DNA from: an uncultured Thermoleophilaceae bacterium
Lineage (GTDB): Bacteria > Actinomycetota > Thermoleophilia > Solirubrobacterales > Thermoleophilaceae
Assembly: GCA_963774755.1 (NCBI GenBank)
Contig: CAVZGG010000011.1
Location: 52,970-116,969 of the forward strand
DNA length: 64,000 bases
Direction: 5' to 3'
The translations under genes were made by a program, and so were the position numbers. Shown here in pieces: positions 48,256 to 57,943 of this stretch (position 1 is the first letter of the stretch; each line of letters opens with the position of its first letter). The notes beneath the pieces were generated by a model, which was not told the origin of the DNA, did not search any database, and saw only the letters and a program-made list of their open reading frames with translations.

Positions 48256-49780
48256 GTGCAGGCAGAAGCACCCGCTCTCGAGCTACGCGGAATTACGAAG
48301 AGGTTCGGTCCCGTCGTTGCCAACGACGGGATCGACTTCGACCTCCGCCCGGGCGAGGTCCATGCCCTGCTCGGCGAGAACGGGGCTGGTAAGTCCACCC
48401 TGATGTCGATCCTCTACGGGCTCTACAGCCCGACCGAGGGCGAGATCCGCGTCAATGGAGAGCCGGTCGAGGTCGATTCGCCGTCGCGGGCGATCGAGCT
48501 CGGCATCGGCATGGTCCACCAGCACTTCATGCTCGTGCCGGTGATGACCGTGACCGAGAACATCGTCCTCGGGGAGGAGCCGACGGCGCGGCGCCCTGCT
48601 CGACGTGCGGGAGGGCGCTCGTCGCGTGAAGGAGCTGTCTGACCGGTACGGATTGGCCGTGGACCCCGACGCCGTGATCGAGCAGGTCTCGGTCGGGATG
48701 CAGCAGCGCGTGGAGATCCTGAAGACGCTCTACCGGGACGCCCGCATCCTGATCCTCGACGAGCCGACCGCGGTACTGACGGCCCAGGAGACGAAGGAGC
48801 TGTTCGAGGTCCTTCGCGAACTCAAGAAGGACGGCGTTTCGATCGTCTTCATCAGCCACAAGCTGAACGAGGTGCTCGAGATCTCCGACCGCGTGACCGT
48901 GCTGCGGCGCGGAAAGCAGATCGACACGGTGCCGACCGAGGGTGCGACCGAGCAGAGCCTCGCCCGCCTGATGGTCGGCAGGGACGTGCTGCTGCGGGTC
49001 GACAAGGCGAGCGTCAAGCCCGGCGAGCCGATGCTCGAGGTGGAGGACCTCCACGTTCGCGACGAGCGTGGACTGCCGGCGGTCAAGGGCGTGGACCTGA
49101 CCGTGCGAGGCGGCGAGGTGGTGGCGCTCGCCGGCGTGGACGGCAACGGGCAGCTCGAGCTGGTGCAGGCGATCGCGGGCGTCCGCGAGCCGGAGTCCGG
49201 GCGGATCGCCATCGGAGGGCAGGAAGTGTCGGGTGTCGGCGTGCGCCGCACGACCGAGGCCGGCCTGGCGCACATCCCCGAGGACCGCCACCTGTGCGGC
49301 CTCGTGCTCGACTTCACGCTTGCGGAGAATCTTGCTCTGCGTGAGTACCGGTCTCCCCCGATCTCGAACCACGGGCTGCTGTCCCCCCGCAACATGAACG
49401 AGCGGGCCAGGGCGCTCCTCAAGGAGTACGACGTGCGCGGCGGCGAGCCGGACACGCTTGCGAGCTCCCTCTCGGGAGGCAACCAGCAGAAGGTTGCGGT
49501 GGCGCGCGAGGTGGCCAGCAACCCGAAGCTTCTGATCGCGCATCAGCCCACGCGCGGGCTCGACGTCGGCGCGATCGAGTTCGTCCACGGGCGCCTGCTC
49601 AGGGAGCGGGACGAAGGACGCGGCATCCTGCTGGTCTCGCTCGAGTTCGAGGAGGTCCGCGCGCTGGCGGACCGCATCCTCGTGATCTACGAGGGGCAGA
49701 TTGTCGGTGAGTTCCCGCCAGACGCCTCCGAGGAAGAGCTTGGCGTGGCGATGACGGGCGGGGGCCGGGCGGCGGCGTGA
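48256..49780 (+). CDS. ABC transporter ATP-binding protein with two ATPase domains, frameshifted near 48590
   Basis: Walker [11 protein letters not shown] and a second NBD (GVDGNGQ; [12 protein letters not shown]). The frame change lies between GEEPT and ALLDVRE. Confidence 0.8.
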
Positions 49781-50994
49781 GCGCCACCGAAGACCCCGAG
49801 GTACTGGCCCAGACCCCGGCGTCGCGGCTCGCCGGCTACCTGCGCGGCGGCGGCGTGATCGTGCCGCTCCTCACGGTGACGCTGGCGTTCCTGGCGGGCG
49901 GGCTGGTGATGCTGGTAACCGGCAAGGACCCGATCGCCACCTACGAGGCGATCTGGAAGGGCACCGGCCTCCAGTGGCTCTTCCCTTGGACGACGGGCGC
50001 GGATCGAACCCTCGCTGCCTCGAACCTCCAGCAGACGCTGATCATCACCACGCCGCTGATCCTCACGGGTCTGGCGGTGGCGTTCGCGTTCCGGGCCGGA
50101 CTCTTCAACATCGGCGGCAACGGCCAGTACATCGTCGGCTCGATCGCAGCCGTGTGGGTCGGCTCGTCGTTTGCCGACATGCCGAGCTTTCTCCACATCG
50201 TGCTCGCGATCATCGCGGCGTGTGCGGCGGGCGCCTTCTGGGCCGGGATCGCCGGGTTCCTGAAGGCCACGACAGGCGCACACGAGGTGATCAGCACGAT
50301 CATGCTCAACTGGATCGCCGTGTGGATCGGGGTCTGGCTGTTCTCGCTCGACGGCCCGCTCCAGAACGAGGCTCAGAAGTCGATCCCGGTGTCAGAGGAC
50401 GTGGTCGAGGGGGCCAAGCTGCCCGTGTTCTGGGGCGATCCGGTCCTGCAGGGCCTCCACATAGGACTCTTCATCGCGCTGTTCGCGGTGATCGTGTTCT
50501 GGATTCTCCTGAACCGCTCGACGATCGGCTTCGAGGTGCGGGCGGTGGGCTTCAACCCGGAGGCGGCTCGCTACAGCGGGATGAACGTCGGCAAGAACTA
50601 CATCCTCGTGATGGCGGTCTGCGGGCTGTTCGCGGGGCTCGCGGGAGCGATGGACGTGCTCGGCTGGCAGTTCCGTATCGCGACGAACGACATTCAGATC
50701 GCCTACTTCGGCTACATCGGGATCGCCGTTGCGCTGCTCGGACGCAACACGGCGGTCGGCACGCTGGCGGCGGCGCTGTTGTTCGGCGCGCTACTCAGCG
50801 GGACGTCGCAACGCAACCTCGATCCGACGATCTTTGAGCCCTCGCTGGCCACGAACCTCACCTGGATCATCCAGGGCCTCGTCATCCTGATCGTCAGCGC
50901 CGACGTGCTGGTGCTCGGAATGATCGCGCGAGGACGGGGCCTATTCCGTCGCGGTCGAGCCGCGCCGGCCCCCACCGCGGAGGGTGAGCAATGA
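49777..50994 (+). CDS. ABC transporter permease
   Basis: GTGA overlap with the ATPase gene. Multi-TM protein of the BMP-associated nucleoside/sugar permease family. Confidence 0.85.
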   Translation: MSATEDPEVLAQTPASRLAGYLRGGGVIVPLLTVTLAFLAGGLVMLVTGKDPIATYEAIWKGTGLQWLFPWTTGADRTLAASNLQQTLIITTPLILTGLAVAFAFRAGLFNIGGNGQYIVGSIAAVWVGSSFADMPSFLHIVLAIIAACAAGAFWAGIAGFLKATTGAHEVISTIMLNWIAVWIGVWLFSLDGPLQNEAQKSIPVSEDVVEGAKLPVFWGDPVLQGLHIGLFIALFAVIVFWILLNRSTIGFEVRAVGFNPEAARYSGMNVGKNYILVMAVCGLFAGLAGAMDVLGWQFRIATNDIQIAYFGYIGIAVALLGRNTAVGTLAAALLFGALLSGTSQRNLDPTIFEPSLATNLTWIIQGLVILIVSADVLVLGMIARGRGLFRRGRAAPAPTAEGEQ

Positions 50995-52190
50995 GCACCA
51001 CGGTGGCCGCAGGCCGGCAGCTTGCGATCTCGGCGCGCACCGCGGCCTGGGCGGGGATCGTGCTCGGTGTCCTGGCGGCGTACGTCGCTCTGCCGCCTCT
51101 GCTGATCCGGACGCCGGTTGTGTCGCTCGTCTTGGCGGCGGCTGGCGTCCTCGCGGGCGTCTACGCCACTCGCCAGGGCCAAAAGCGCCTTGGCTGGATC
51201 GCGGTGGCCATTGCGGTGCTCGGCGCCATTCTCGGCGTGATGGCCGCGAAGTCGGGGGAGAGCAACCTGGAGCGCGTGTTCGTGTGGTCCGCGCTCGTCG
51301 CGGGCATGCTCCGCTACGCGACGCCGCTGATCTTCGGCGCGATGGGCGGCATCCTGTCCGAGCGCAGCGGCGTCATCAACATCGGCCTCGAGGGCATGAT
51401 GCTGATCGGCGCGTTCTTCGGCATCTTCGGCTCGGATCTGCTCGGCTCATGGTTCCTTGGCGTCCTGGTCGGAGTTGCCGCAGGCGCACTGATTGGCCTG
51501 GTTCACGCTTTCGTGTCGATCCAGCTGCGCGCCGATCAGGTGGTGAGCGGCACGGGGATCAACTTCCTGGCGATCGGCATCACCGGCTACATCTTCATCT
51601 ACCACTACGGCGACCAGGGCACGCCCTCCGACATCTCGCGCGCCCCGAACGTGACGCTTCCGCTGATCGAGGACATCCCGTTCATCGGGGAGGCGATCGG
51701 CCGGATGAACGTCCTCACCTGGGCCGCGCTGATCCTTGTCCCGATCCTTTCCGTCTACCTGTTCCGCACGCGCGGCGGCCTGCGGTTGCGCTCCGTGGGC
51801 GAGAAGCCGCGTGCCGCCGACAGCCTGGGCCTGCCCGTGCTGCGCACGCGCTACCTCGCCGTGACCGCATCGGGCGCCCTGGCGGCCCTCGGCGGCGTGT
51901 TCCTGTCGATCGGGCTGCTCGGCTCGTTCAACGAGCAGATGACCGCGGGCCGCGGCTTCATCGCGCTGGCGGCGGTGATCTTCGGCAGCTGGCGGCCGTT
52001 CGGCGCGCTGGCCGGCGCGTGCCTGTTCGGCTTCTCGACGGCACTCGCGCAGCGCCTGCCAGCCTTCTCCGAATCCACGGCCGTGCTATTCCAGGCACTG
52101 CCCTATGTCTTGACCCTGGTCGTGGTGGCCGGCGTCATCGGCCGTTCCCGACCGCCCGCCGCAATCGGCGTGCCGTACGTGAAGGAGTAG
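50991..52190 (+). CDS. ABC transporter permease
   Basis: ATGA overlap with the previous permease. Multi-TM protein. Confidence 0.85.
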   Translation: MSTTVAAGRQLAISARTAAWAGIVLGVLAAYVALPPLLIRTPVVSLVLAAAGVLAGVYATRQGQKRLGWIAVAIAVLGAILGVMAAKSGESNLERVFVWSALVAGMLRYATPLIFGAMGGILSERSGVINIGLEGMMLIGAFFGIFGSDLLGSWFLGVLVGVAAGALIGLVHAFVSIQLRADQVVSGTGINFLAIGITGYIFIYHYGDQGTPSDISRAPNVTLPLIEDIPFIGEAIGRMNVLTWAALILVPILSVYLFRTRGGLRLRSVGEKPRAADSLGLPVLRTRYLAVTASGALAALGGVFLSIGLLGSFNEQMTAGRGFIALAAVIFGSWRPFGALAGACLFGFSTALAQRLPAFSESTAVLFQALPYVLTLVVVAGVIGRSRPPAAIGVPYVKE

Positions 52191-52193
52191 TTC

Positions 52194-53912
52194 TTGGTCG
52201 TATCCAGGCTGACCCTGGCCAGCCCCACCGACGAGCACACGGGGCGCCTCAGTGACGAGGTCGAGCTCTACCAGCGCACCTACAACACGCTGCTGCGCTC
52301 CAGCGGCGAGACGCACCTGCGCGTGCTCGAGCCCGCCCATCGTGCGATGGGCTCGAGCCTGCACCCGCTCGCCGACAGCGACGAGCCGGACCTCGGCGCG
52401 CTGATCTACGCGATCCGGCGGCTGCCGGACGGCATGTCCGCCGGCGCCGAGCTCGTGATCATGGGCCAGGAGGCAGAGGTCTTCGCGAAGAACGGCATCG
52501 TGATCGACGAGTGGCAGGAGGCGGACGCGCCCGCCCGGCGGCGCCGCTGGCACGACGCCGGCAACGGCACGCACGCCGTGCTGCTCGCGAGTGCGTCGGA
52601 CGTGGACGACCTGATTCCGACCCTGGTGGCCTTCCAGATCGAGTGGAACAAGATCCGCGTGCGCCAGCGCGCGGCGGGCTGGCCGCCGGACCACGAGCCC
52701 GCCCCGGACGAGTGCGCCGATGCGCTCGGCGGCACCGCCGAGGACTGGGGCCGCCTGCAGGGTGCCTGGGGCGACCAGTTCGGCGAGCGCCTGCGGGTGA
52801 TCGCGGACAGGCGCATGAACCTGCGCGTGCGGATGCTCGGCGGCACGCAGGTGGGCTACGCGCGGATGACGCGCCGCTGGTGGTCGCCGGTGCACAACTC
52901 GCTCGCCGAGCAGGGGCTCGTGGACCGCCCGCTCTACTTCGTGAGCTCCAACACGCACAGCCTCGTGAACATCGCCACGGGCGTGGCGCGCGAGCGCGAG
53001 AACGTGCTCGTCGAGTTCGTGGAGACGCTGCCGGAGGACGACATCCTGCGCACGGAGCTGGCCGCATTCCGCGAGGGTCGCGCCGAGGGCTCGTGGGAGA
53101 ACTTCCTCTACTTCGTGGCCCGGCTCTATTTCGACATGCACGGCGAGGAGGGCCGCGCGGCGCGCCGGCGCTCCGAGGCCGAGTGCGGGGTCTCGCACCT
53201 CCGCAGCACCACGGCGCTGCGCGTGCCCGCGCAGATCATCCCGCTGTCGAAGCTGGCGACGGCGCGGCTGGACCCGCGACTCGGCGACGTGGATGCCGAC
53301 AAGCTCGCCGCCGCCGAGGGCGTGGTCGTGAACATCGACTATCCGCTCGGCGTCGCGGCCTACAACATCCTGCGCGAGGTGGCCGTGGACAGCTCGATGC
53401 TGCGCGGCGTGTACGTGCTCGGCAAGGCGGCCACGCTGAACGCCGACGTGGGCGACGTGATGCTCTCCACCGTGGTCCACGACGAGCACTCGGGCTCGAC
53501 CTACTGGCTCGACAACGCATTCAGCGTGAACGACATCGCTCCCGACCTGCGCTTTGGCAGCGGCCTCGACAACCAGCGCGCGGTCACGGTGAAGAGCACG
53601 TTCCTGCAGAACCGCTCCTATCTCGACTTCTACTACCGCGAGGCGTTCACCGTGGTCGAGATGGAGGCCGGGCCGTACTGCAACGCGCTGTACGAGATCG
53701 CCGACGCGGATCGCCACCCGGTGAACACCGCGGTGAACTTCTCCAAGCTGCCGGTGGACTTCGGGATCATCCACTACGCCTCAGATACGCCCTACACGCA
53801 GGCGCGCACGCTGGGCGCCCGCGGGCTCAGCTACTACGGCATGGACTCCACATACGCGTCGTCGCTGGCCATCCTCCGCCGCGTCCTGCGGCTGGAGGGC
53901 GTGCTCGAGTAG
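52194..53912 (+). CDS. AMP-nucleosidase-like protein: an N-terminal regulatory-type domain plus a C-terminal PNP/UDP-fold catalytic domain
   Basis: C-terminal PNP/UDP fold: VVNIDYPLGVAAYNIL...GKAATLNADVGDVML...VEMEAGPY. N-terminal LYFVSSNTHSLVNIATG resembles the Amn N-domain motif VLFTNYTRYVDEF. TTG start after aaggag. Last gene of the nucleoside ABC operon. Confidence 0.5.
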   Translation: MVVSRLTLASPTDEHTGRLSDEVELYQRTYNTLLRSSGETHLRVLEPAHRAMGSSLHPLADSDEPDLGALIYAIRRLPDGMSAGAELVIMGQEAEVFAKNGIVIDEWQEADAPARRRRWHDAGNGTHAVLLASASDVDDLIPTLVAFQIEWNKIRVRQRAAGWPPDHEPAPDECADALGGTAEDWGRLQGAWGDQFGERLRVIADRRMNLRVRMLGGTQVGYARMTRRWWSPVHNSLAEQGLVDRPLYFVSSNTHSLVNIATGVARERENVLVEFVETLPEDDILRTELAAFREGRAEGSWENFLYFVARLYFDMHGEEGRAARRRSEAECGVSHLRSTTALRVPAQIIPLSKLATARLDPRLGDVDADKLAAAEGVVVNIDYPLGVAAYNILREVAVDSSMLRGVYVLGKAATLNADVGDVMLSTVVHDEHSGSTYWLDNAFSVNDIAPDLRFGSGLDNQRAVTVKSTFLQNRSYLDFYYREAFTVVEMEAGPYCNALYEIADADRHPVNTAVNFSKLPVDFGIIHYASDTPYTQARTLGARGLSYYGMDSTYASSLAILRRVLRLEGVLE

Positions 53913-54058
53913 TCACATCCCGGCGCGCTCGAGGGACCGGAGGGCGCGCGGCGACTTCTACGCGATCAGCGTGCGGCCCGGGCACCCGGACGCAAGGATC
54001 AACTGGCTGGACGAGCACGGAAAGCCCGGCAGTCGCGGCATCGCGCTGATGCCTCCCG

Positions 54059-54996
54059 TCACGCGGCGCTGACCGCGTCTGGGTTGAGCAGGTTCCCGGG
54101 GCGCTGCCCTGCCAGCACGCTCTCGACGCCGCACGCCAGCGCCTGGAACACGTCCGCATTCCACCGATGGGTGAGGCCGACGGTGTGCGGTGTGCAGATC
54201 ACGCGCGGGTCGGCGTAGAGACGGTGCCGCAAGTCCGGCGGCTCGGTCGGGAAGACGTCCAGAGCGACCGTCGACAGCCGGCCGCTCCGGAGCGCGTCGG
54301 CGAGCACGTCCTCATCGGAAACGATTTCGCCGCGGGCAGCATTGACGAAAATCGCGCCGGCCTTGACGCTGGCGAGGAACTTCCGGTCGACGAGTCCACG
54401 CGTCCGGTCGTTGAGAGCGCAGTGGATTGTGATCACGTCCGCGCGGGCGAGGAGCTCCGGGAGCGAGACCATTTCCGCGGCGTGGGTGGCATCGGGATCG
54501 TGCGCGATCACGTCCATCCCGATGCGCGGAGCAGAGGCGTCCCACCTCACGCCCGATCGCGCCGTAGCCGACCACGCCGAGGCAGGCGCCCTCGATGTCG
54601 AGCCCCATCACGTCGTAGCGCGTCGGCCCAGCCGCTCTCGTGCACGACCGCGCCGAGCTCGCGCAGGCGCTTCGCCGCCGCGAGGATCAGGGTGAGCGTC
54701 CCCTCGGCCACCGGCCGGCTCCCGATCCCGGGCGCGTACACGATCGGGCACCCTCAGGCGGGTCGCCGCCTCCACGTCCACGTTGTCGTATCCCGCGCCT
54801 GTCCTCGCGATCGCCCGGAGGCGGCCCGCCTCGCGCGAGCGTGCGCGGCGTCGAGGCGCGTTCCGCGCACGATCAGGACCTCGGCGCCGGCGATCGCGTC
54901 GCCGTCGCCCGCCGCCGCGACCTCGATCTCGCCGAGCCGCGCGAAGGCCTCGCGTGCGACGGGCGGGACCTCGGCGGTGGCGACGATCCTCACGGG
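54059..54996 (-). pseudogene. D-isomer-specific 2-hydroxyacid dehydrogenase gene broken into at least four frames
   Basis: N-terminal VRIVATAEVPPVAREAFARLGEIEV. IARTGAGYDNVDVEAATR. GxGxxG LGVVGYGAIGREV. C-terminal half DVITIHCALNDRTRGLV...TPHTVG. All lie in different frames. Confidence 0.65.
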
Positions 54997-55145
54997 CGTG
55001 GGAGGTAGGGCCGCTGAAGCGCCCGGCCGCGCGCATGCTCGGCTGCCAGCTCGCGCGTCTCGGCCCGCTCGGAGAGCTCCGCCACCCCGACGTCCCACCA
55101 GCAGTCGGAGTCGAGCAGGAGCCGGTCGCGGCTCCACGCGCGCGA

Positions 55146-55623
55146 CGATCACCACGGGCGCCGTCTCGGCCCGGGCCGCATCGAGTGCGGCGCGGAACTC
55201 GTCGGAGCGAGGAGGCGAGTGAAGACCGTGCACCCGAGACTGCGTGCGTTCGCGGCGTAATCGACCTCGACGACAGGGCCCGGCGACGCCGGAGCCGTCC
55301 GCCGAGCGCTCCCGGAACTCGAGGCCGAAGCTGCGTCCGGTCCGCGCGCGCTGGAGCCCGTGGATGGACTGGAAGCCGTGGTTCTCCACGACGATGACGG
55401 TGAGCTTCAGGCCCTCCTGCCGCGCGGTCACGAGCTCGCCGGTGGCGCCCATCAGGTAGTTGCCGTCGCCGATCAGCACGTACACCTCGCCGGCGTCCGG
55501 ACGCGCCATCCGCACGCCGAGCGCGGCGGGGATCTCGCCCGCCATGCAGGAGAAGCCGACCTCCATCAGGCAGCGGGCGCCGCTGGAGCCGTCCCAGAGC
55601 TTGTGCACGTCCACATGCGGTGT
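55146..55623 (-). pseudogene. 5'-truncated fragment of a thiamine-diphosphate enzyme (IolD / acetolactate-synthase-like C-terminal TPP-binding domain)
   Basis: GEVYVLIGDGNYLMGATGELVTARQEGLKLTVIVVENHGFQSIHGLQ TPP motif with no upstream domains. Further frame breaks occur in the tail. Confidence 0.5.
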
Positions 55624-55649
55624 CCGGAGGCCCAGCGCGCCTTCTTCAC

Positions 55650-56048
55650 TTCGCCTCGGCGGCCGGGTGCGCCGTCGTGAACATAGGCGCGATCGACGCG
55701 CACGGAGGCCTGCCGCGGCATGCGGCGTACGCGGCCACGAAGGGCGCGATCGACGCATGGACTCGCAGCCTGGCGGTCGAGCTCGCCCCGAGGGGCGTGC
55801 GGGTGAACGCCGTGTCGCCTGGCGTCGTGGAGGTCCCGCGGTTCCTCGAGCGCGCGACGTACGATCGTGAACGTCTATGGCGAGCGGATCCCAGCGGGCC
55901 GGGTCGGCCGCCCGGCAGACGTGGCACCGATCGTGGCATTCCTGCTGTCGTCAGGCGCCGAATTCTCACCGGCCAGACGATCTAGGTTGACGGCGGCACG
56001 ACCGCGAGGCTCAGCTTCTACCGGCCGTGCAAGGAAGCCTCCGCGTAA
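55650..56048 (+). pseudogene. 5'-truncated short-chain dehydrogenase/reductase fragment with a frameshift and an in-frame TAG
   Basis: HAAYAATKGAIDAWTRSLAVELAPRGVRVNAVSPG...IPAGRVGRPADVAPIVAFLLS...TGQTI*VDGG. A stop codon sits inside the conserved GQxIxVDGG motif. Confidence 0.5.
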
Positions 56049-56140
56049 CGCACACCTTCGTGCCGCGAACCTCCAGGGGAACCGTGCTGCGGCGGGTCCC
56101 CGCTTGACCGCACTTTGCGAAGAAACTTGACTGCCTTGCA

Positions 56141-57125
56141 ATGGGCACTGGGTTGGGGCTGGCCGCCCCATCGCCGGCAGGGGTGCCGTCGCCCCAGCAG
56201 CTGGGCTATTCGAGCGTTGTGCTCGACCGCCTGGCCCGTCACGCATGCGCCGTGCTCGGGTTCGAGCAGGCGTGGGTTTCGGTGCGCTCGCCGGGTGACC
56301 CGGGGGGCTTCGTCGTCGTGGCCGGAGCGGGTACCGACCCCGACCTGATCGGCCGGCGCCTGCACGCCGCCGGACTCGGCGCGGTGGCCGCCGCTCCGTT
56401 CCTCGTCCGGGGTTGAGGAACGCGGTGCACTGTGCGTCGGTGGAAGGGACGAGCAGCGAAAGCTCGAATCGCCAGAAATGGAGCTTCTGTGTGAGCTCGG
56501 CATGCTCGCGGGAGAGGCCCTGAGCCACCACGAGCACCGGGAATTTACGGCGGGCGACTCGCAGGCCGAGATTCGCGGGCTGGTGAAGGCGCTGGCCGAG
56601 GCCGACGGCGATACCTACCGTCACTCGCTCGAGGTCGCGGCCACCGCGACGGTGGTCGGCGAGCGGCTCGGGCTGGCCCGCACGGAGCTCGTGGAGGTGG
56701 AGCTGGGCGCGCTGCTTCACGACGTCGGCAAGCTGCGCCTCCCGCCGCACATCCTCGGCAAGCCGGGCCGCCTCAGCGAGGACGAGCTCCGTCTGGTTCG
56801 GCTGCACCCGGAGTGGGGCGCCGAGATGGTCGGCCGCATCCCCGGGCTCGAGGCGGTGGCGCTGATCGTCCGCCTCCACCACGAGCGCCCCGACGGCACC
56901 GGCTATCCCCACGGGCTCTCCCACGAACGCATCCCGGTGGCCAGCCGCATCGTCTCCGTGTGCGACGCCTACGGCGCGATGACGAAGCGCCGCCCGTACA
57001 GCGAGCCGCTCGACGTGGACACCGCCCTGCTCGAGCTCTCACGTCATGCGGGCACGCAGTTCGACCCGGACGCGGTCGAGGCGCTCGCCTCGTTCGTGCG
57101 CTGTGTCGAGGCCGTGCCGGCCTAG
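56141..57125 (+). CDS. GAF-like domain plus HD-GYP phosphodiesterase domain protein, frameshifted near 56413
   Basis: HD-GYP core HDVGKLRLP...HHERPDGTGYPHGL. The upstream ORF at 56141-56416 joins in after removal of one T in ggttgagg (...AAPFLVRGEERGALCVGG...). Confidence 0.7.
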
Positions 57126-57141
57126 CCTGCGCCGCCCCGCT

Positions 57142-57652
57142 CTACATCAGCAGCGCGCGCGAGAACCCGTCCGACTCGTACTCGCGCTCGGGCCCGGGCG
57201 TGGCCGCGGCGTCGGCGTCCTTCGCCGACGCGACCAGCTCGAGAACGCCGGCCACCAGCGCGGCGTCCGTCGTCTGAGAGCCCGGACAGCGCGGCCTCCG
57301 CCACGTCGAGCACCGGCTCCACGTGCGCCTCGCAGGAACTCGGCGCCCGCCTCGGTCGCGCCGAGCACCCGCATGCGGCCGTCGCTCGGGTGGCGCTCGC
57401 GGCGCACGTAGCCCGCGTCGATCAGCCGGCCGGTGAGGGCGGTCACGCCGCCGGAGGTCAGGCCAAGCCTGTGGCCGAGCTCGCCGGGCGTCAGACCGCC
57501 GCGCAGGACGAGATGCTCGAGCGCCGCCAGCTCGACCTGGGGCGTGCCCTCGCGGCGTGCGCGCGCCGCGCGCTGGTAGGCGCCCGCGAGCTCGACTCGC
57601 TGAAGCGCCTCGCGCAGCCGGGCGCGGGGTTGAGCTATTGGCTCTGTACTCA
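57142..57652 (-). pseudogene. MarR-family transcriptional regulator split over three frames
   Basis: LALEHLVLRGGLTPGELGHRLGLTSGGVTALTGRLIDAGYVRRERHPSDGRMRVLGATEAG winged HTH. The C-terminal helices lie in two other frames. Confidence 0.6.
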
Positions 57653-57671
57653 TTGGCCCACCTCGCCGAGG

Positions 57672-57892
57672 ATGCCCGGCGTGACTCCGGAGGAGCAGTT
57701 CGCCGCGAACCTCCGGCGGCACCGCGCCGCGGCGATGCTCTCCCAGGAGCAGCTCGCAGAGAAGTCCGGCCTGCACCCCACCGAGATCTCGCGCCTCGAG
57801 AGAGCCGTCCGCGAACCTCGCCTCGGAACGATCGCCGGCTCGCGCGCGGCCTCGGAATCGGGGCCGAGCAGCTCGTTGCCGGCATCCGCTGA
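57672..57892 (+). CDS. XRE-family helix-turn-helix protein (about 73 aa), frameshifted near 57835
   Basis: FAANLRRHRAAAMLSQEQLAEKSGLHPTEISRLERAVREPRLGTIA, then LARGLGIGAEQLVAGIR in another frame. Divergent from the MarR gene. Confidence 0.5.
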
Positions 57893-57943
57893 GGAGCGTG
57901 GACAGTAAGGCTCCACGCCACTGAATGCTACACGGAACTTGAG

